Below, piece by piece: positions 17,759-29,700 of a stretch of DNA of 64,000 nucleotides. Numbering within the stretch: the stretch's first letter is position 1; every line of letters starts with the position of its first letter. The notes beneath the pieces were generated by a model that worked only from the letters and a program-made list of their open reading frames with translations, did no database searches and was not told the origin of the DNA. This stretch comes from Ignavibacteriota bacterium (lineage in GTDB: Bacteria; Bacteroidota; Ignavibacteria; Palsa-1295), in the NCBI GenBank assembly GCA_963787835.1, contig CAWBEI010000002.1, positions 832,001 to 896,000 on the forward strand, in the 5' to 3' direction. The position numbers and the translations under genes were made by a program.

Positions 17759-20473
17759 ATGAAAAAATTACTTCTGTTTCCCGTCCTTCTCAGCCTCTGG
17801 TTCGGCTCGGCAAGCGCACAGCTTTCCAGCGCGATCACCTCCCAAATTCACGACCCATCCTTCTCAACTGGCCGGGATTTTTGGCTTGCACTTCCATCGA
17901 ATGCATGGGATACGAACTATGGTGGAAAATACAACCGAATTTTTATCTCGGCGACGCAAAATACCACGGCCTGGGTCGAGTATGAAGGCGAGCGGGACAG
18001 CATCCCTGTCTATGCTTATAAAACCTCTCAATACATATTCCCATTAACCCTTGAGATGGAGTCAAGCGGCTATGTGGAAAATAAGGGCATCCATATCTAT
18101 TCCAAGGATGCTAATCTTTCCGTGTATTACCTATCTCACCAGCCTTACAGTTCGGATGGTTCCTATATCATTCCCACCATCGGCTGGGGTACAGATTATA
18201 TTGTAGCTGCGTATGGCTCGGCCTTCACATCTGGCGCGAACTTGCCCAATGATCTTCCTTCCGAATGTATCATTGTTGCGGAGGAAGATAGTACATCCGT
18301 AACTATTACTCCTTCGTGCGATTGCCGTCAGGACAGGAGCGGGAACATTAATGGCGATGCCGCTTCGATCGTCGTAGTTTTTCCACAAGGTCAGCCAGCC
18401 ACCTTTCCACTCAATCGCGGCCAATCACTGCAACTCATGCCCGTAAAAGCACAGGATCCGGACAATTACGATATGACTGGCTCCATCATTCACTCGAACC
18501 ATCCCATCGGTGTGATCGGAGCGTCGATGCAGCCGCAGATACCGGCCGAGGACCCCTATGGCGATTTTGTCTGCGAGATGATCCCACCCATCCGGACATG
18601 GGGCGAGGCATACTATGCGACTAATCCCCAACAGCCAGAAGGTTCGACGGATGATTTTGCACGCTATTTATTCATTGGGTCCGTACCAGGACAGGAGATT
18701 GATCGCTACGATTACGAAACAGGTAGTCATGTCGAATGTATTGTTCCCAATCAATATGGGGTTGTTTGGGACGAATTGGAGCTTGGTCAAAGGTTTACGA
18801 GCGCAGAGCCGTTTCTTTGCGTCTCTTACATTAACAGTTCGACGTTCCCCGATGGGGCTAATAGCAATGGTGATCCTGCCGAGTGCATCATTCCTCCGAA
18901 GGAGCAATTTAGGACTTCCCTCGTATTCCAGACACCACAAAGCGTAGGAAACCTTGTGCCATACGACAATTACGTAAGTCTCATTTGCCGAGATAGTGAT
19001 GCGAAATATACCCTCTTTGATGGAAAAAGTATTCTTGGCCTTGGCACGCAACCCGTTGACGGCACCTTTGAAATATTTACTGTCCCCCATGTCGCTCCCG
19101 GCGTGCATACCGCTGTGCAGGATCTTGTAAAGGATACAACTGCTGCCGGCGTGGGAGTGTATCTCTATGGCTACGGTTTTGACGAAACGTATGCCTGGTC
19201 GTCCCCTTCCGGCGCCGGAACGTTTCACTCGCGGGATTCCGTCCCGCCAGTTGCGAATATGTCGATGGCGTGCTATCAGGGAATTGTTTCCGTTACCGAT
19301 TCCGGGAATCTTCCGGATAGCCTCGGCACGCAAAGCGGGCTTGCCGCAATATGGCCTGACACCAACTATAACATGACCTTTCAACCCGATTCCGATTGGG
19401 TCGAAGGTTCCGGGGCAGACACCAGCGGGTTCACCGTGTCGGTGATCGACCCAAAGGAACCTGGTATCATTACGGTCGAGGTCTATGATCTTGCCGGGAA
19501 CCTCACAACATTCACGACGACCTACAAAGCTTTCTATCCTGAGATCGAGCCACCGATCCAGAATCTCGGCGTGTGGCAAATTGGCACTCCCGCGAATATA
19601 GCGTATGACACTCTTTTCAATTTAGGGCAGGATACGATAACCCTTACTGAACTCCGATTGAAATATGGCAACGTAGGATTTTCGATCTACGATAGTGTAG
19701 GTGGACCAGTCGATCTATCGCCACTACTTCCGGGCCGATATAGATTGATACAGATCCAATTTGGAGCACAAAAAGCTACCGCTGTCACCGATAGCATCAT
19801 CTACGGCAATACCTGCGAACTGCAAGCGGTTGCGGTCATTGGCAGCGGCGGCGCAGCAGACTTTGCTGTTACAAGCCAAACTTGGTCCGATGAGCCGCTG
19901 GAGCCAGGCATGTGCTATCCAAAGACGGTCACGATAGAAAATCTTTCAAGAAGCCCTATCACCATTGACAGCGTTTGGTGGGCAGATAAAATTCATTTCC
20001 AAATGGTCAGTACCTTTGTGGTAACTGTTCCGCCTTCGCCGGGTAGTGTATCGTTCACCATCGACTACTGCCCCGATTCTAATTCCCTTCTGCATCCCGA
20101 TCGCACACAGGCAAGTTGGTTCAGCCCGCAAGTGTTGAAATCGGATGGCAGTGGCGCACAAGACCCGCGCTTCGATAGCCTCATTGGATGGGCAACAGCA
20201 CCACTCGGCGTGGATGGTGAGAACATTCCATCGCTAAACGCTACGATCATTCCCATCGAGGGCGGTCGCTCGCTTGAGATCGTGCTGCCAGAAAGTATAG
20301 ATGTTCCCATCCATTTCGAATTGGTAAATGTGCTGGGCGAAAGCGTTCAACAGACTGTGCTCGGCACAGGTACTCAAACTTTAGATGAAAGTGCGCTGCC
20401 GCGAGGGGTGTATTTTTACCGGCTCACATCCGGGACTTTAAGCCAGAACGGGAAGGTTATTTTAGGACAGTAA
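17759..20473 (+). CDS. IgGFc-binding-domain T9SS protein, paralog 1
   Basis: GRDFW, KGIHIYS, SSDGSYIIPT..WGTDY, EMIPPIRTWG.AY and GVYLYGYG..E.Y motifs of the IgGFc_binding N-domain; GVYFYRL CTD. Confidence 0.8.
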   Translation: MKKLLLFPVLLSLWFGSASAQLSSAITSQIHDPSFSTGRDFWLALPSNAWDTNYGGKYNRIFISATQNTTAWVEYEGERDSIPVYAYKTSQYIFPLTLEMESSGYVENKGIHIYSKDANLSVYYLSHQPYSSDGSYIIPTIGWGTDYIVAAYGSAFTSGANLPNDLPSECIIVAEEDSTSVTITPSCDCRQDRSGNINGDAASIVVVFPQGQPATFPLNRGQSLQLMPVKAQDPDNYDMTGSIIHSNHPIGVIGASMQPQIPAEDPYGDFVCEMIPPIRTWGEAYYATNPQQPEGSTDDFARYLFIGSVPGQEIDRYDYETGSHVECIVPNQYGVVWDELELGQRFTSAEPFLCVSYINSSTFPDGANSNGDPAECIIPPKEQFRTSLVFQTPQSVGNLVPYDNYVSLICRDSDAKYTLFDGKSILGLGTQPVDGTFEIFTVPHVAPGVHTAVQDLVKDTTAAGVGVYLYGYGFDETYAWSSPSGAGTFHSRDSVPPVANMSMACYQGIVSVTDSGNLPDSLGTQSGLAAIWPDTNYNMTFQPDSDWVEGSGADTSGFTVSVIDPKEPGIITVEVYDLAGNLTTFTTTYKAFYPEIEPPIQNLGVWQIGTPANIAYDTLFNLGQDTITLTELRLKYGNVGFSIYDSVGGPVDLSPLLPGRYRLIQIQFGAQKATAVTDSIIYGNTCELQAVAVIGSGGAADFAVTSQTWSDEPLEPGMCYPKTVTIENLSRSPITIDSVWWADKIHFQMVSTFVVTVPPSPGSVSFTIDYCPDSNSLLHPDRTQASWFSPQVLKSDGSGAQDPRFDSLIGWATAPLGVDGENIPSLNATIIPIEGGRSLEIVLPESIDVPIHFELVNVLGESVQQTVLGTGTQTLDESALPRGVYFYRLTSGTLSQNGKVILGQ

Positions 20474-20477
20474 TTTT

Positions 20478-23231
20478 ATGAAAACAAGTACCATGAAACA
20501 TACTTACATCACACTCGCTGCGGCGATTTTGCTTGCGACATTTGGGTTATGTGAACCGGCGAATGCGCAGAATTCACTCATTCATAGCACCATCGTTAAA
20601 ACGCGCAACGCCCCGCCGACCGAAGGCCGGGATTTTTGGTTCGCGATGATGTCCAACTACTGGGGCGAAGACTTAGGCGGGAAGTATATGCGTATTTACA
20701 TTACTTCCCCTCAAAATTGCACCGCATTTATTACCTCGAATGGTAATACAACCCCCGTACCGGTTCAAGCCTATCAGATCTCCAGTTTCAAAATTCCGGA
20801 GTTCTGGGAAATGGAGTCCAGCGGCATCGTGGAGGACAAGGCGATCCATGTTTATTGCCCGACCGCTGATCTTGCGGTCTATGATATATCCCACAATCCT
20901 TACACGTCGGATGGTTCATATATCATTCCCACGATCGGCTGGGGCACGGATTATGTCGTAGCTGCTTACGGTTCCCTTTTCGAAGGTTCGGGTTCTTATG
21001 TCTATGATCTGCCTTCCACGATGGTTGTCGTCGCAGATCAGGATAATACCACTGTTACGATCACGCCCTCCTGCGATTGCCGCCAATGCACGAGTGGAGA
21101 CAATTCCGGAGATGCCAACTCGACGATCCTTGCGTACCCGAAGGGTGTTCCCGTTCAGTTCCAGCTTAATCGCGGCCAAAGTTTGCAGATGATGCCCGTC
21201 AAAGCGACGGACCCCAACGATTTCGATATGACGGGCACAATCGTTCATGCAAATCAGCCCATCGGCGTTTCCGGCGGATCGGTCTGCCCGAATATACCCG
21301 CTAATTTCCCATACTGCGACCATGTGGAAGATATGATCCCTCCGGTGCGTACCTGGGGAACCACATACTACGCAACCAGCTTCATTCAGCCTCCTGGAAT
21401 GACCGGCCATGATTTTGCGCGTTACTTATTTATTTCTTCTGTTCCCGGTCAGGAGATCGATCGCTACGATGCCACCACCGGCGGCCATATTGAATGTATC
21501 ATTCCCAATAAATATGGTTTCTATTGGGATGAACTTGCTCTCGGGCAAAAGTTTACCAGCAAAGAACCGTTCCTCTGTGTATCGTACATCAATAGCTCTA
21601 CCTATCCGGATGGAAGCAATGGTCTGGGCGATCCTGCCGAGTGCATTGTCAATCCAAAGGAGCAATTTACGAAGTCGGTCATATTTGCGACGCCACTAAG
21701 TGTTGGCAATATCGTCCCTTACGATGACTATGCAAATATCATTTGCCGCGACAGCGATGCGAAATACACGATGTTCGATGGAAAGGGTATTGTTGGCTAC
21801 GGCGCCCAGCCGGTCGACGATACCTTCGAGATCTTTACAGTGCCTCATATCGCCGCCGGCACACATACGGTAGTGCAGGAGACTGCGCATGATTCCACAG
21901 CTGCCGGTGTCGGTGTATATATCTATGGCTACGGCTATGATGAATCCTACGCGTGGGCCAGCAGCTTCGGAACCGCAACATTCCACTCTCCGGATACCGT
22001 TGCGCCACTTGCCGATATGACCGCAGAGTGCTTCGCGGCATTCATCCATGTGAGCGATTCCGGCCTCTTACCGGATACGATCAACAAACAGAGTGGCCTT
22101 GCTGAGATACGGCTTGACTCGGCCTATAATATGGACTACGAACCAGATCCAGACTTTATTGAAGGGTCAGGAGCGGATTCCAGTGGTTATGGAATGTACG
22201 TCGTGGATCCGACCAAGCCGGCCATCCTTATCATCTCTGTGTTCGATCTTGCGGGCAATAAAACAACGATCACCAGTATTTACAAAACGCTCATTGATAG
22301 TATTGTGCCTCCGTTGCAATATCTTGGTGTATTCACCGTGGGCTAGCCTCCGCTTGTTGGTTACGATACCATTTACAATGTTGGACAGGATACTCTATAT
22401 ATGAACGATCTCCACTTGCGGTATGGGAACGTCGGATTTTCTATTTACGATAGCATCGGCGGCCCGTTAGACCTATCACCCCTCGCACCGGGGCAGCGCA
22501 GGCTTATCGAGATCCAATTTACTGAATTAAAACCACTTTCACAGGTCGATAGCATCATCCTTGTTGGTTCCTGTTTTTCAACGTCTGTGGCAGTCATTGG
22601 CAGCGGAGGCGCTGCAGATTTTATCGTTAGCAGTCAAACGTGGCCGGACGAACCCTTCACCGAGCCACCGACGTGCTATCCGAAGGCGGTCACGATTAGG
22701 AACCTTTCTAATCATCCGATCACCATCGATTCCGGATGGTGGGGAAATACGACCAATTTCCAGGCCGTCAGTACGTTCCCGGTTACCATTCCTGCTTCGC
22801 CAGCAAGCGTGCAATTCATTATCAACTATTGCCCCGATACCAATTCCACCATCACGCCAGATGGCACGCTGGGCATCTGGACCAGCCCGCAAGTGCTGGA
22901 CACCGATGGCAAGACGGAAATCCCCCACTTCGACAGCCTCATCGGCTGGGCTGTTTTGCTATCGTCTGTCAGCGAGCCAATTACTCCATCGCTCGAAGCC
23001 ACGATCCTTCCCGCAGAGGATGGCCACTCCTTGGAGATCGTGGTTCCATCCGGCGCGATCGGCCCGCTGCATTTTGAACTGGTGAATGTGCTCGGCGAGA
23101 GCGTTCAACAGGCTACACTTGGCACCGGCACGCGAACTTTAGATGAAAGCGCCCTCCCGCGAGGGGTATATTTTTACCGTCTTACATCGGGACAAATGAG
23201 CCAGAGTGGGAAGGTTATTCTCGGTCAATAA
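20478..23231 (+). pseudogene. IgGFc-binding-domain T9SS protein, paralog 2, interrupted by a single in-frame TAG at 22344-22346
   Basis: ORFs 20478-22346 and 22401-23231 share a frame; the read-through G*PPLVGYDTIYNVGQDTLYMNDLHLRY aligns to the paralogs without a gap. Confidence 0.8.
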
Positions 23232-23250
23232 TTTTATGAACAAGAGAACC

Positions 23251-26200
23251 ATGAAACATACTATCGCCACGCTGACTGCGGCGTTATTACTTGCGACGTT
23301 GTGCGGGACAGCGAGCGCGCAGTCCAGCGCGCTCATTCATCACACCATTGTGAAAACGCGCAACACCCCTCCGCCGGAAGGCCGGGATTTCTGGTTTGCG
23401 ATGATGTCCAACTACTGGGGTGAGGACTTGGGTGGGAAGTATATGCGTATTTACATTACCTCCGCCAACAACTGCAACGCGTTTGTTGCGTCGAATGGCA
23501 ATGTGACGCCGGTTCCCGTTCAGGCCTATAAGATCTCGAGCTTCAAGATCCCCGAGTTCTGGGAAATGGAGTCCAGCGGTATCGTAGAGAACAAGGCGAT
23601 CCATGTTTATTCCAATACTGCTGACCTCACGGTGTATGACATGTCCCATAATCCTTATACCTCGGATGGTTCTTACATCATTCCTACCATTGGTTGGGGC
23701 ACGGATTACGTTGTAGCCGCGTATGGGTCGCTCTTCGAAGGTTCGGGTTCCTATGTCTATGATCTTCCCTCTACTATGGCAATTGTTTCCGATCAGGATA
23801 ATACGATCGTCACCATCACACCTTCCTGCGATTGCCGCCAATGCACCAGTGGAAACGATGCCGGTGATCCAAACTCGGCGATCGTCGTATATCCCAACGG
23901 GGTTCCCGTTCAGTTCCAGCTTAATCGCGGCCAAAGCTTGCAGATGATGCCGGTCAAGGCATCGGATACCGCTAATTTTGACCTGACGGGTACGATCATA
24001 CATTCGAATCAGCCCATTGGCGTTTCCGGCGGATCGGTCTGCCCGAATATCCCGGCCGGTTTCCCGTATTGTGACCATGTCGAGGATATGATGCCTCCCG
24101 TCCGTACCTGGGGTGAGACGTATTATGCGACCAATAATATTCAGTCAGCGGGAATGTCCGGACATGATTATACTCGTTACTTATTCATATCATCTCAGCC
24201 AAATCAAACTGTTTATCGCTCCGATTTCACAACCGGCCAACATACGGAATGTATCATTCCCAATAAATGTGGAATCTATTGGGATGAACTTGAAGGTGCC
24301 CAAAAGTTTACGAGCACCGCCCCGTTCCTTGTAGTATCGTACATGAACAGCTCGACGTATCCCGATGGCATCGGTGGCTTGGGTGATCCTGCGGAGTGCA
24401 TCATTCCTCCGAAAGACCATTTTAAGCAATCCGTTCTATTCGCGAACCCCCTAAGTGTCGGTAATATTGTGCCCTACGATAATTATGTAAACATCATTTG
24501 CAGAGATAGCGATCAGAGATATACGCTCTACGATGGGAAGGGTATTCTCGGCCTCGGCGCTCAGCCAATCGATGATACGTTCGTGATCGTTAATGTGCCA
24601 CATAGCGCGCCCGGCACTCATTCGGCAACGCAGGATACCACTCGTGATCCTACCGCAGCCGGCATTGGCCTCTATTGTTATGGTTATGGCTACGATGAAT
24701 CCTACGCATGGACGGGCAGCTTCGGAACCGCGACATTTCATTCCCCAGATACCGTAGTCCCAAAAGTTGATACAACAGGGCGGTGCTATACCGCATATAT
24801 TCATGTGACCGATTCCGGGTTCTTGCCAAATGACTCTACAAAACAAAGCGCCCTCAGCGAAATACGCCTTGATTCGGTTTATAACATGTCCTACATACCC
24901 GATCCCAACTTTATTGAAGGCGCAGGACAAGACAGCAGCGATTACGTGATGTACGTTGTCGATCCAACCAAGCCTGCAATACTTGTTGTCGAAGTGTATG
25001 ATATTGCCGGGAATGAAACGAAGATCACAAGCGTGTATGAGCCGTTAGAATTTATCATGGAACCACCAGTGCAAAATCTTGGAGTATGGGGTACTGGGGT
25101 TGCTCCAAATGTCGCATACGATACGATCTATAATTTAGGAGAGGTACCACTCACTCTCAACGAACTTCATTTGTTGTATGGTAATGTCGGATTTTCTATT
25201 TATGATAGTGTGGGGGGGCCGCTCGATCTATCGCCGCTTCAGCCGGGTCAGCGCAGAATTATACAGATACAATTCGAAGCCTTAGTATCCACACGGGCTG
25301 TCGATAGTATTATTTACGGCAACACGTGTGATTTCCAATCCGTCGCTGTTATTGGCGGCGGCGGTGCTCCGGATTTCATCGTTACCGATCAGATGTGGCC
25401 GCGCGAGTTGCTTACCAAACCACGGACGTGCTACCCGAAAGCTGTCACAATCGAAAATCTTACCAAGAGTACGATTACTATTGACTCTGAGTGGTGGGCC
25501 GACACGGTACATTTCCATGCCGATCCCATTAATCACTTCCCATTCACTGTTCCGCCCTCACCTGGTAATGCAGCGTTCGTTATCGACTATTGTCCCGACT
25601 CCAGCTCACTGCTCTCGTCCAATCACACGGCTGGGAACTGGATAAGTCCGCTGGTCTTGAAAACGGATGGCAAAACACAAGACCCGCGCATCGACAGCCT
25701 CATTGGTTGGGCTATTGCGCCGAGCCAAACATTCATTGGCGATTCCACAGTCACGATCGATTGTGCTCCGACGAACGATACCATCACGGGCCTCTTTACG
25801 ATCACCGCAACAGGAACTTACCCAACCACGATCAATCGCGTGTCTCAAACGGATTCTATTGACTTCTTCAATCTTGGAGGAACACTTGACAATGGCTTAA
25901 CATGGGACCCAACTAAAACCGCACAACAGATCGATACCGGGCAATCTGCTATTATTTCGGTTCAGTATGTCATCCCAGATCAATTCAATGGTACTGCCGT
26001 GGACTATCTAACCGCCCTTGATGGCGACAACGATACGATCGGGAACCCACTGACATTGAAGGTTACATCCAACTATTGGGGAGGCATAACGGAACCGGAT
26101 TCCTCAACGATAGCGCCTGTGCTATTCAAAGCTCCGGGCGTGCATTCAACATCTTTTTCGATCCTAAACACTGCCTCTTCTCCTTTAGAGATCGATAATC

Positions 26201-26700
26201 TTATTTTATACCCTACCACGTTCGATACCGCATTTTCCTTCACGGTAGCAACCATTCCCGCCACCGTGCCGGTAACCTTCCCATATTCAATACCGGTGGG
26301 GCAGAGTGTGCTGGTAACGGTATTGTTCAATGACTCCATGTATGACGCCCCTGTACAAACAGGCCGCTTCCAGATCAATGCCGCTTCCTGCACACCACTA
26401 ACAGAAACCGTTACGGCTACTATCTCGAACTCCAGCGTAAAGGAGCAGATCGCTCCATCACTCGAAGCAACGATCCTTCCCACAGAGGATGGCCGCTCAT
26501 TGGAGATCGTAGTTCCATCCGGCGCGATCGGCACGCTGCATTTTGAATTGGTGAATGTGCTCGGCGAGAGCATTCAACAGGCTTTGCTTGGCGCCGGCAC
26601 GCAAACTCTGGATGAAAGCGCCCTTCCACGAGGAGTGTATTTCTATCGGATTACATCGGGGCAAATAAATCAGAGTGGAAAGGTTATTTTGGGTCAATGA
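23251..26700 (+). CDS. IgGFc-binding-domain T9SS protein, paralog 3 (two extra Ig domains)
   Basis: Same motifs as paralog 1; about 240 extra residues before the CTD. Confidence 0.85.
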   Translation: MKHTIATLTAALLLATLCGTASAQSSALIHHTIVKTRNTPPPEGRDFWFAMMSNYWGEDLGGKYMRIYITSANNCNAFVASNGNVTPVPVQAYKISSFKIPEFWEMESSGIVENKAIHVYSNTADLTVYDMSHNPYTSDGSYIIPTIGWGTDYVVAAYGSLFEGSGSYVYDLPSTMAIVSDQDNTIVTITPSCDCRQCTSGNDAGDPNSAIVVYPNGVPVQFQLNRGQSLQMMPVKASDTANFDLTGTIIHSNQPIGVSGGSVCPNIPAGFPYCDHVEDMMPPVRTWGETYYATNNIQSAGMSGHDYTRYLFISSQPNQTVYRSDFTTGQHTECIIPNKCGIYWDELEGAQKFTSTAPFLVVSYMNSSTYPDGIGGLGDPAECIIPPKDHFKQSVLFANPLSVGNIVPYDNYVNIICRDSDQRYTLYDGKGILGLGAQPIDDTFVIVNVPHSAPGTHSATQDTTRDPTAAGIGLYCYGYGYDESYAWTGSFGTATFHSPDTVVPKVDTTGRCYTAYIHVTDSGFLPNDSTKQSALSEIRLDSVYNMSYIPDPNFIEGAGQDSSDYVMYVVDPTKPAILVVEVYDIAGNETKITSVYEPLEFIMEPPVQNLGVWGTGVAPNVAYDTIYNLGEVPLTLNELHLLYGNVGFSIYDSVGGPLDLSPLQPGQRRIIQIQFEALVSTRAVDSIIYGNTCDFQSVAVIGGGGAPDFIVTDQMWPRELLTKPRTCYPKAVTIENLTKSTITIDSEWWADTVHFHADPINHFPFTVPPSPGNAAFVIDYCPDSSSLLSSNHTAGNWISPLVLKTDGKTQDPRIDSLIGWAIAPSQTFIGDSTVTIDCAPTNDTITGLFTITATGTYPTTINRVSQTDSIDFFNLGGTLDNGLTWDPTKTAQQIDTGQSAIISVQYVIPDQFNGTAVDYLTALDGDNDTIGNPLTLKVTSNYWGGITEPDSSTIAPVLFKAPGVHSTSFSILNTASSPLEIDNLILYPTTFDTAFSFTVATIPATVPVTFPYSIPVGQSVLVTVLFNDSMYDAPVQTGRFQINAASCTPLTETVTATISNSSVKEQIAPSLEATILPTEDGRSLEIVVPSGAIGTLHFELVNVLGESIQQALLGAGTQTLDESALPRGVYFYRITSGQINQSGKVILGQ

Positions 26701-26709
26701 TTTAATAAA

Positions 26710-29700
26710 ATGAAACATATTTGCATCACATTAACGGCGGCAATATTGATCGCCGCATTCGGGTTGTGCGAAACGGCAAGCGCGCAGTCTAACTCGCTAA
26801 TTAATCACACCATCGTGAAAACGCGCAACACCCCGCCCTTCGAAGGCCGGGATTTCTGGCTTGTTGAGCAATCGAACCAATGGGGCGAGGATCTCGGTGG
26901 GAAGTACATCCGTATTTACATTACATCGCCAAGTAATTGTACCGCCATTGTCGAATCAAACGGCAATAGGGCTACGGTATCTGTTCAAGCCAATAAACAG
27001 TCGAGCTTTGCGGTTCCTGAATTTTGGGAGATGGAGTCTAGTGGGATTGTTGAGCCTAAGGCTATCCATGTCTATTGTACGACCGCCGATCTCTCTGTTT
27101 ATAATCTGTCGCATAGCGCCTATGGATCCGAGGGAGAATATGTTATTCCTACCATTGGCTGGGGCACCGATTATGTTGTGGCTGCGTATGAATCACTATA
27201 CGAGGGAACGGATTTCAATTACGATTTCCCTTCCACCATGGCCGTTGTCTCAGATCAGGATAATACGATCCTGACGATCACGCCGTCCTGCGATTGCCGG
27301 CAGAGCACCGGCGGAAACGACGCCGGGGATGCAAATTCAACTATTATGGTCTATCCAAGTGGTGTGCCAGCGCAGTTCCAGCTTAACCGAGGGCAATCCT
27401 TGCAGCTTATGCCAGTCAAGGCGACCGATGCTGTGGGTTTCGACATGTCCGGTACCATCGTTCAAGCGAATCAACCTGTTGGCGTTTTCGGCGGATCGCA
27501 ATTAGCAGAAATTCCTTCGGGAACTCCCTATCCCGAACATGTGGAGGACATGATGCCTCCCGTCCGCACATGGGGCGAAACGTATTACGCGACCAGTTGG
27601 AATCAGTCACCCGGAAGGGAAAACCATGAATTTGCTCGTTACTTATTCATCTCATCCCAGCCAAATCAAACCATTTATCGTCACGATTTTTCAACAGGTG
27701 ATCACACGGAATGCGTCATCACTAATCAGTATGGCACCTATTGGGATGAATTTCAATACGGTCAAAAGTTCACGAGCAATGCGCCGTTCCTTGTGGTGTC
27801 GTATATCAATAGTTCGACGTATCCCGATGGCACCGGTGGCTTGGGAAATCCGGCCGAGTGCATTATCAATCCGAAAGATCATTATTCCAGGACAGTCGTT
27901 TGTGAGGTTCCTACGCCTGTCGGCAATATAGTACCCTACAATAGCTATGCAAATCTGATATGCAGAGATAGCGATGCGAGATACACGATCTTCGATGGAA
28001 ATGGTATTCTCGGCCTTGGCGCTGAACCCATTGACGACACATTCGAAGTATTCATCGTAAATATCGGACCGGGTACGCATACCGTTGTACAGGATACCAC
28101 TCGTGACCCAAACGCAGCGGGGGCAGGATTGTATATTTATGGTTACGGCAGCGATGAATCCTACGCATGGACAGGAAGCTTCGGAACTGGAACCTTTCAT
28201 TCCCTCGACACTGTCGCACCGAAAGAGTATATAAAAGGGGAATGTTACTCTGCGTATGTTCATGTGAGCGATTCCGGGCTCTTGCCTGATGGGCTAAACC
28301 ATCAGAGCGGCCTCGGGGAAATACGGCTGGACTCTTCCTATAACATGAGATTCGTGCCTGATCCGGGCTTTACTGAAGGCTCAGGATACGATACCAGCGA
28401 TTACTCGATGTTTGTTGTTGATCCAACCAAGCCTGCAATACTTGTTGTCGAAGTCTATGATATTGCCGGGAATGAAACGAAGATCACCAGCGTGTATGAA
28501 CCGTTGGATTTTAGCATCGTGCCACCACTACAAAATCTTGGCGTGTGGCATTCTGGGGTTCCACCGAATGTTGCTTACGATACACTCTTTAATTTAGGGG
28601 AGGTTCCGCTCACCCTCACAGAACTTCATCTGTTGTACGGTAATGTTGGTTTTTCGATCTATGATAGCATTGGTGGGCCGCCCGATCTATCTCCACTTCA
28701 GCCGGGTCAGCACAGACTGATACGGATTCAATTCGAAGCCGTAATATTAACGCGTGCTGTTGACAGCATTATATTTGGCACCACCTGTGATGTTCAATCC
28801 GTTGCCGTTCTTGGCAGTGGTGGTGCGGCTGATTTTATTGTGACGGACCAAACCTGGCCTAATGAGCCGTTAGGTAACTGCTACCCGAAGGTTGTCGATA
28901 TCGAGAATTTGTCGGATGGTGCGCTTACCATTGACACTGCATGGTGGTCGGACACGGTGCATTTCAAGCCATTGAGTACATTCCCTGTCACCATTCCGGC
29001 TTCTCCTGCCAAGGTTGGATTCACGATCGAGTATTGCCCTGATTCTGGCTCGCTCACCTCGAGGAATCATGTTGGTGGTAACTGGTACAGCCCGCAAGTA
29101 CTGAGGTCGGATGGAAGCGGAAGCCAACAACCCCGTTTCGACAGCCTTATTGGTTGGGCCGTTGCACCAAGCCAAACCTTCGCTGGCGACATCGATACCA
29201 CCATCTATTGCGCTACGACGAATGAGACCGTTACCGCTGAGTTCCTAATCACGGCGACTGGAACTGCTCAAACTACTATCAAACGCGTCCATCAAACAGA
29301 TTCTATTGACTTTTTTAATCTCCAAGGTAACCTTAATATCAACAACTTGGCATGGGACCCAACGCAAACTGCACAACAGCTTGACCCGGGGGAAACGGCA
29401 ACCATTTCGGTACAGTATCTCGTCAAAGCGAAACAAAATGATTCCGTCGTGGACTACATAACCGCCTTCGACGGCAATGACGATACGATCGGGCGCAGCT
29501 TGAAACTGACGGTTATTTCAAATTATGCCAATGGCGTAACGAATCCACCTGAAGCATCCATTGGTCCATTGCTATTTCAAACTCCACCTTCACCGGGAGC
29601 AAACAGCTCAACCTTTGTGATACAAAATACCGCAAATTCGCCTTTGGAGATCGATACTATTCTCTTGCAACCAGGTCTCTATGATTCTGCATTCTCATTT

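Noticed and set aside
22344-22346. Genome-wide TAG reassignment
   Set aside because: TAG ends several genes in the window at their expected C-termini, for example right after T9SS CTDs at 9158, 34191 and 45610.
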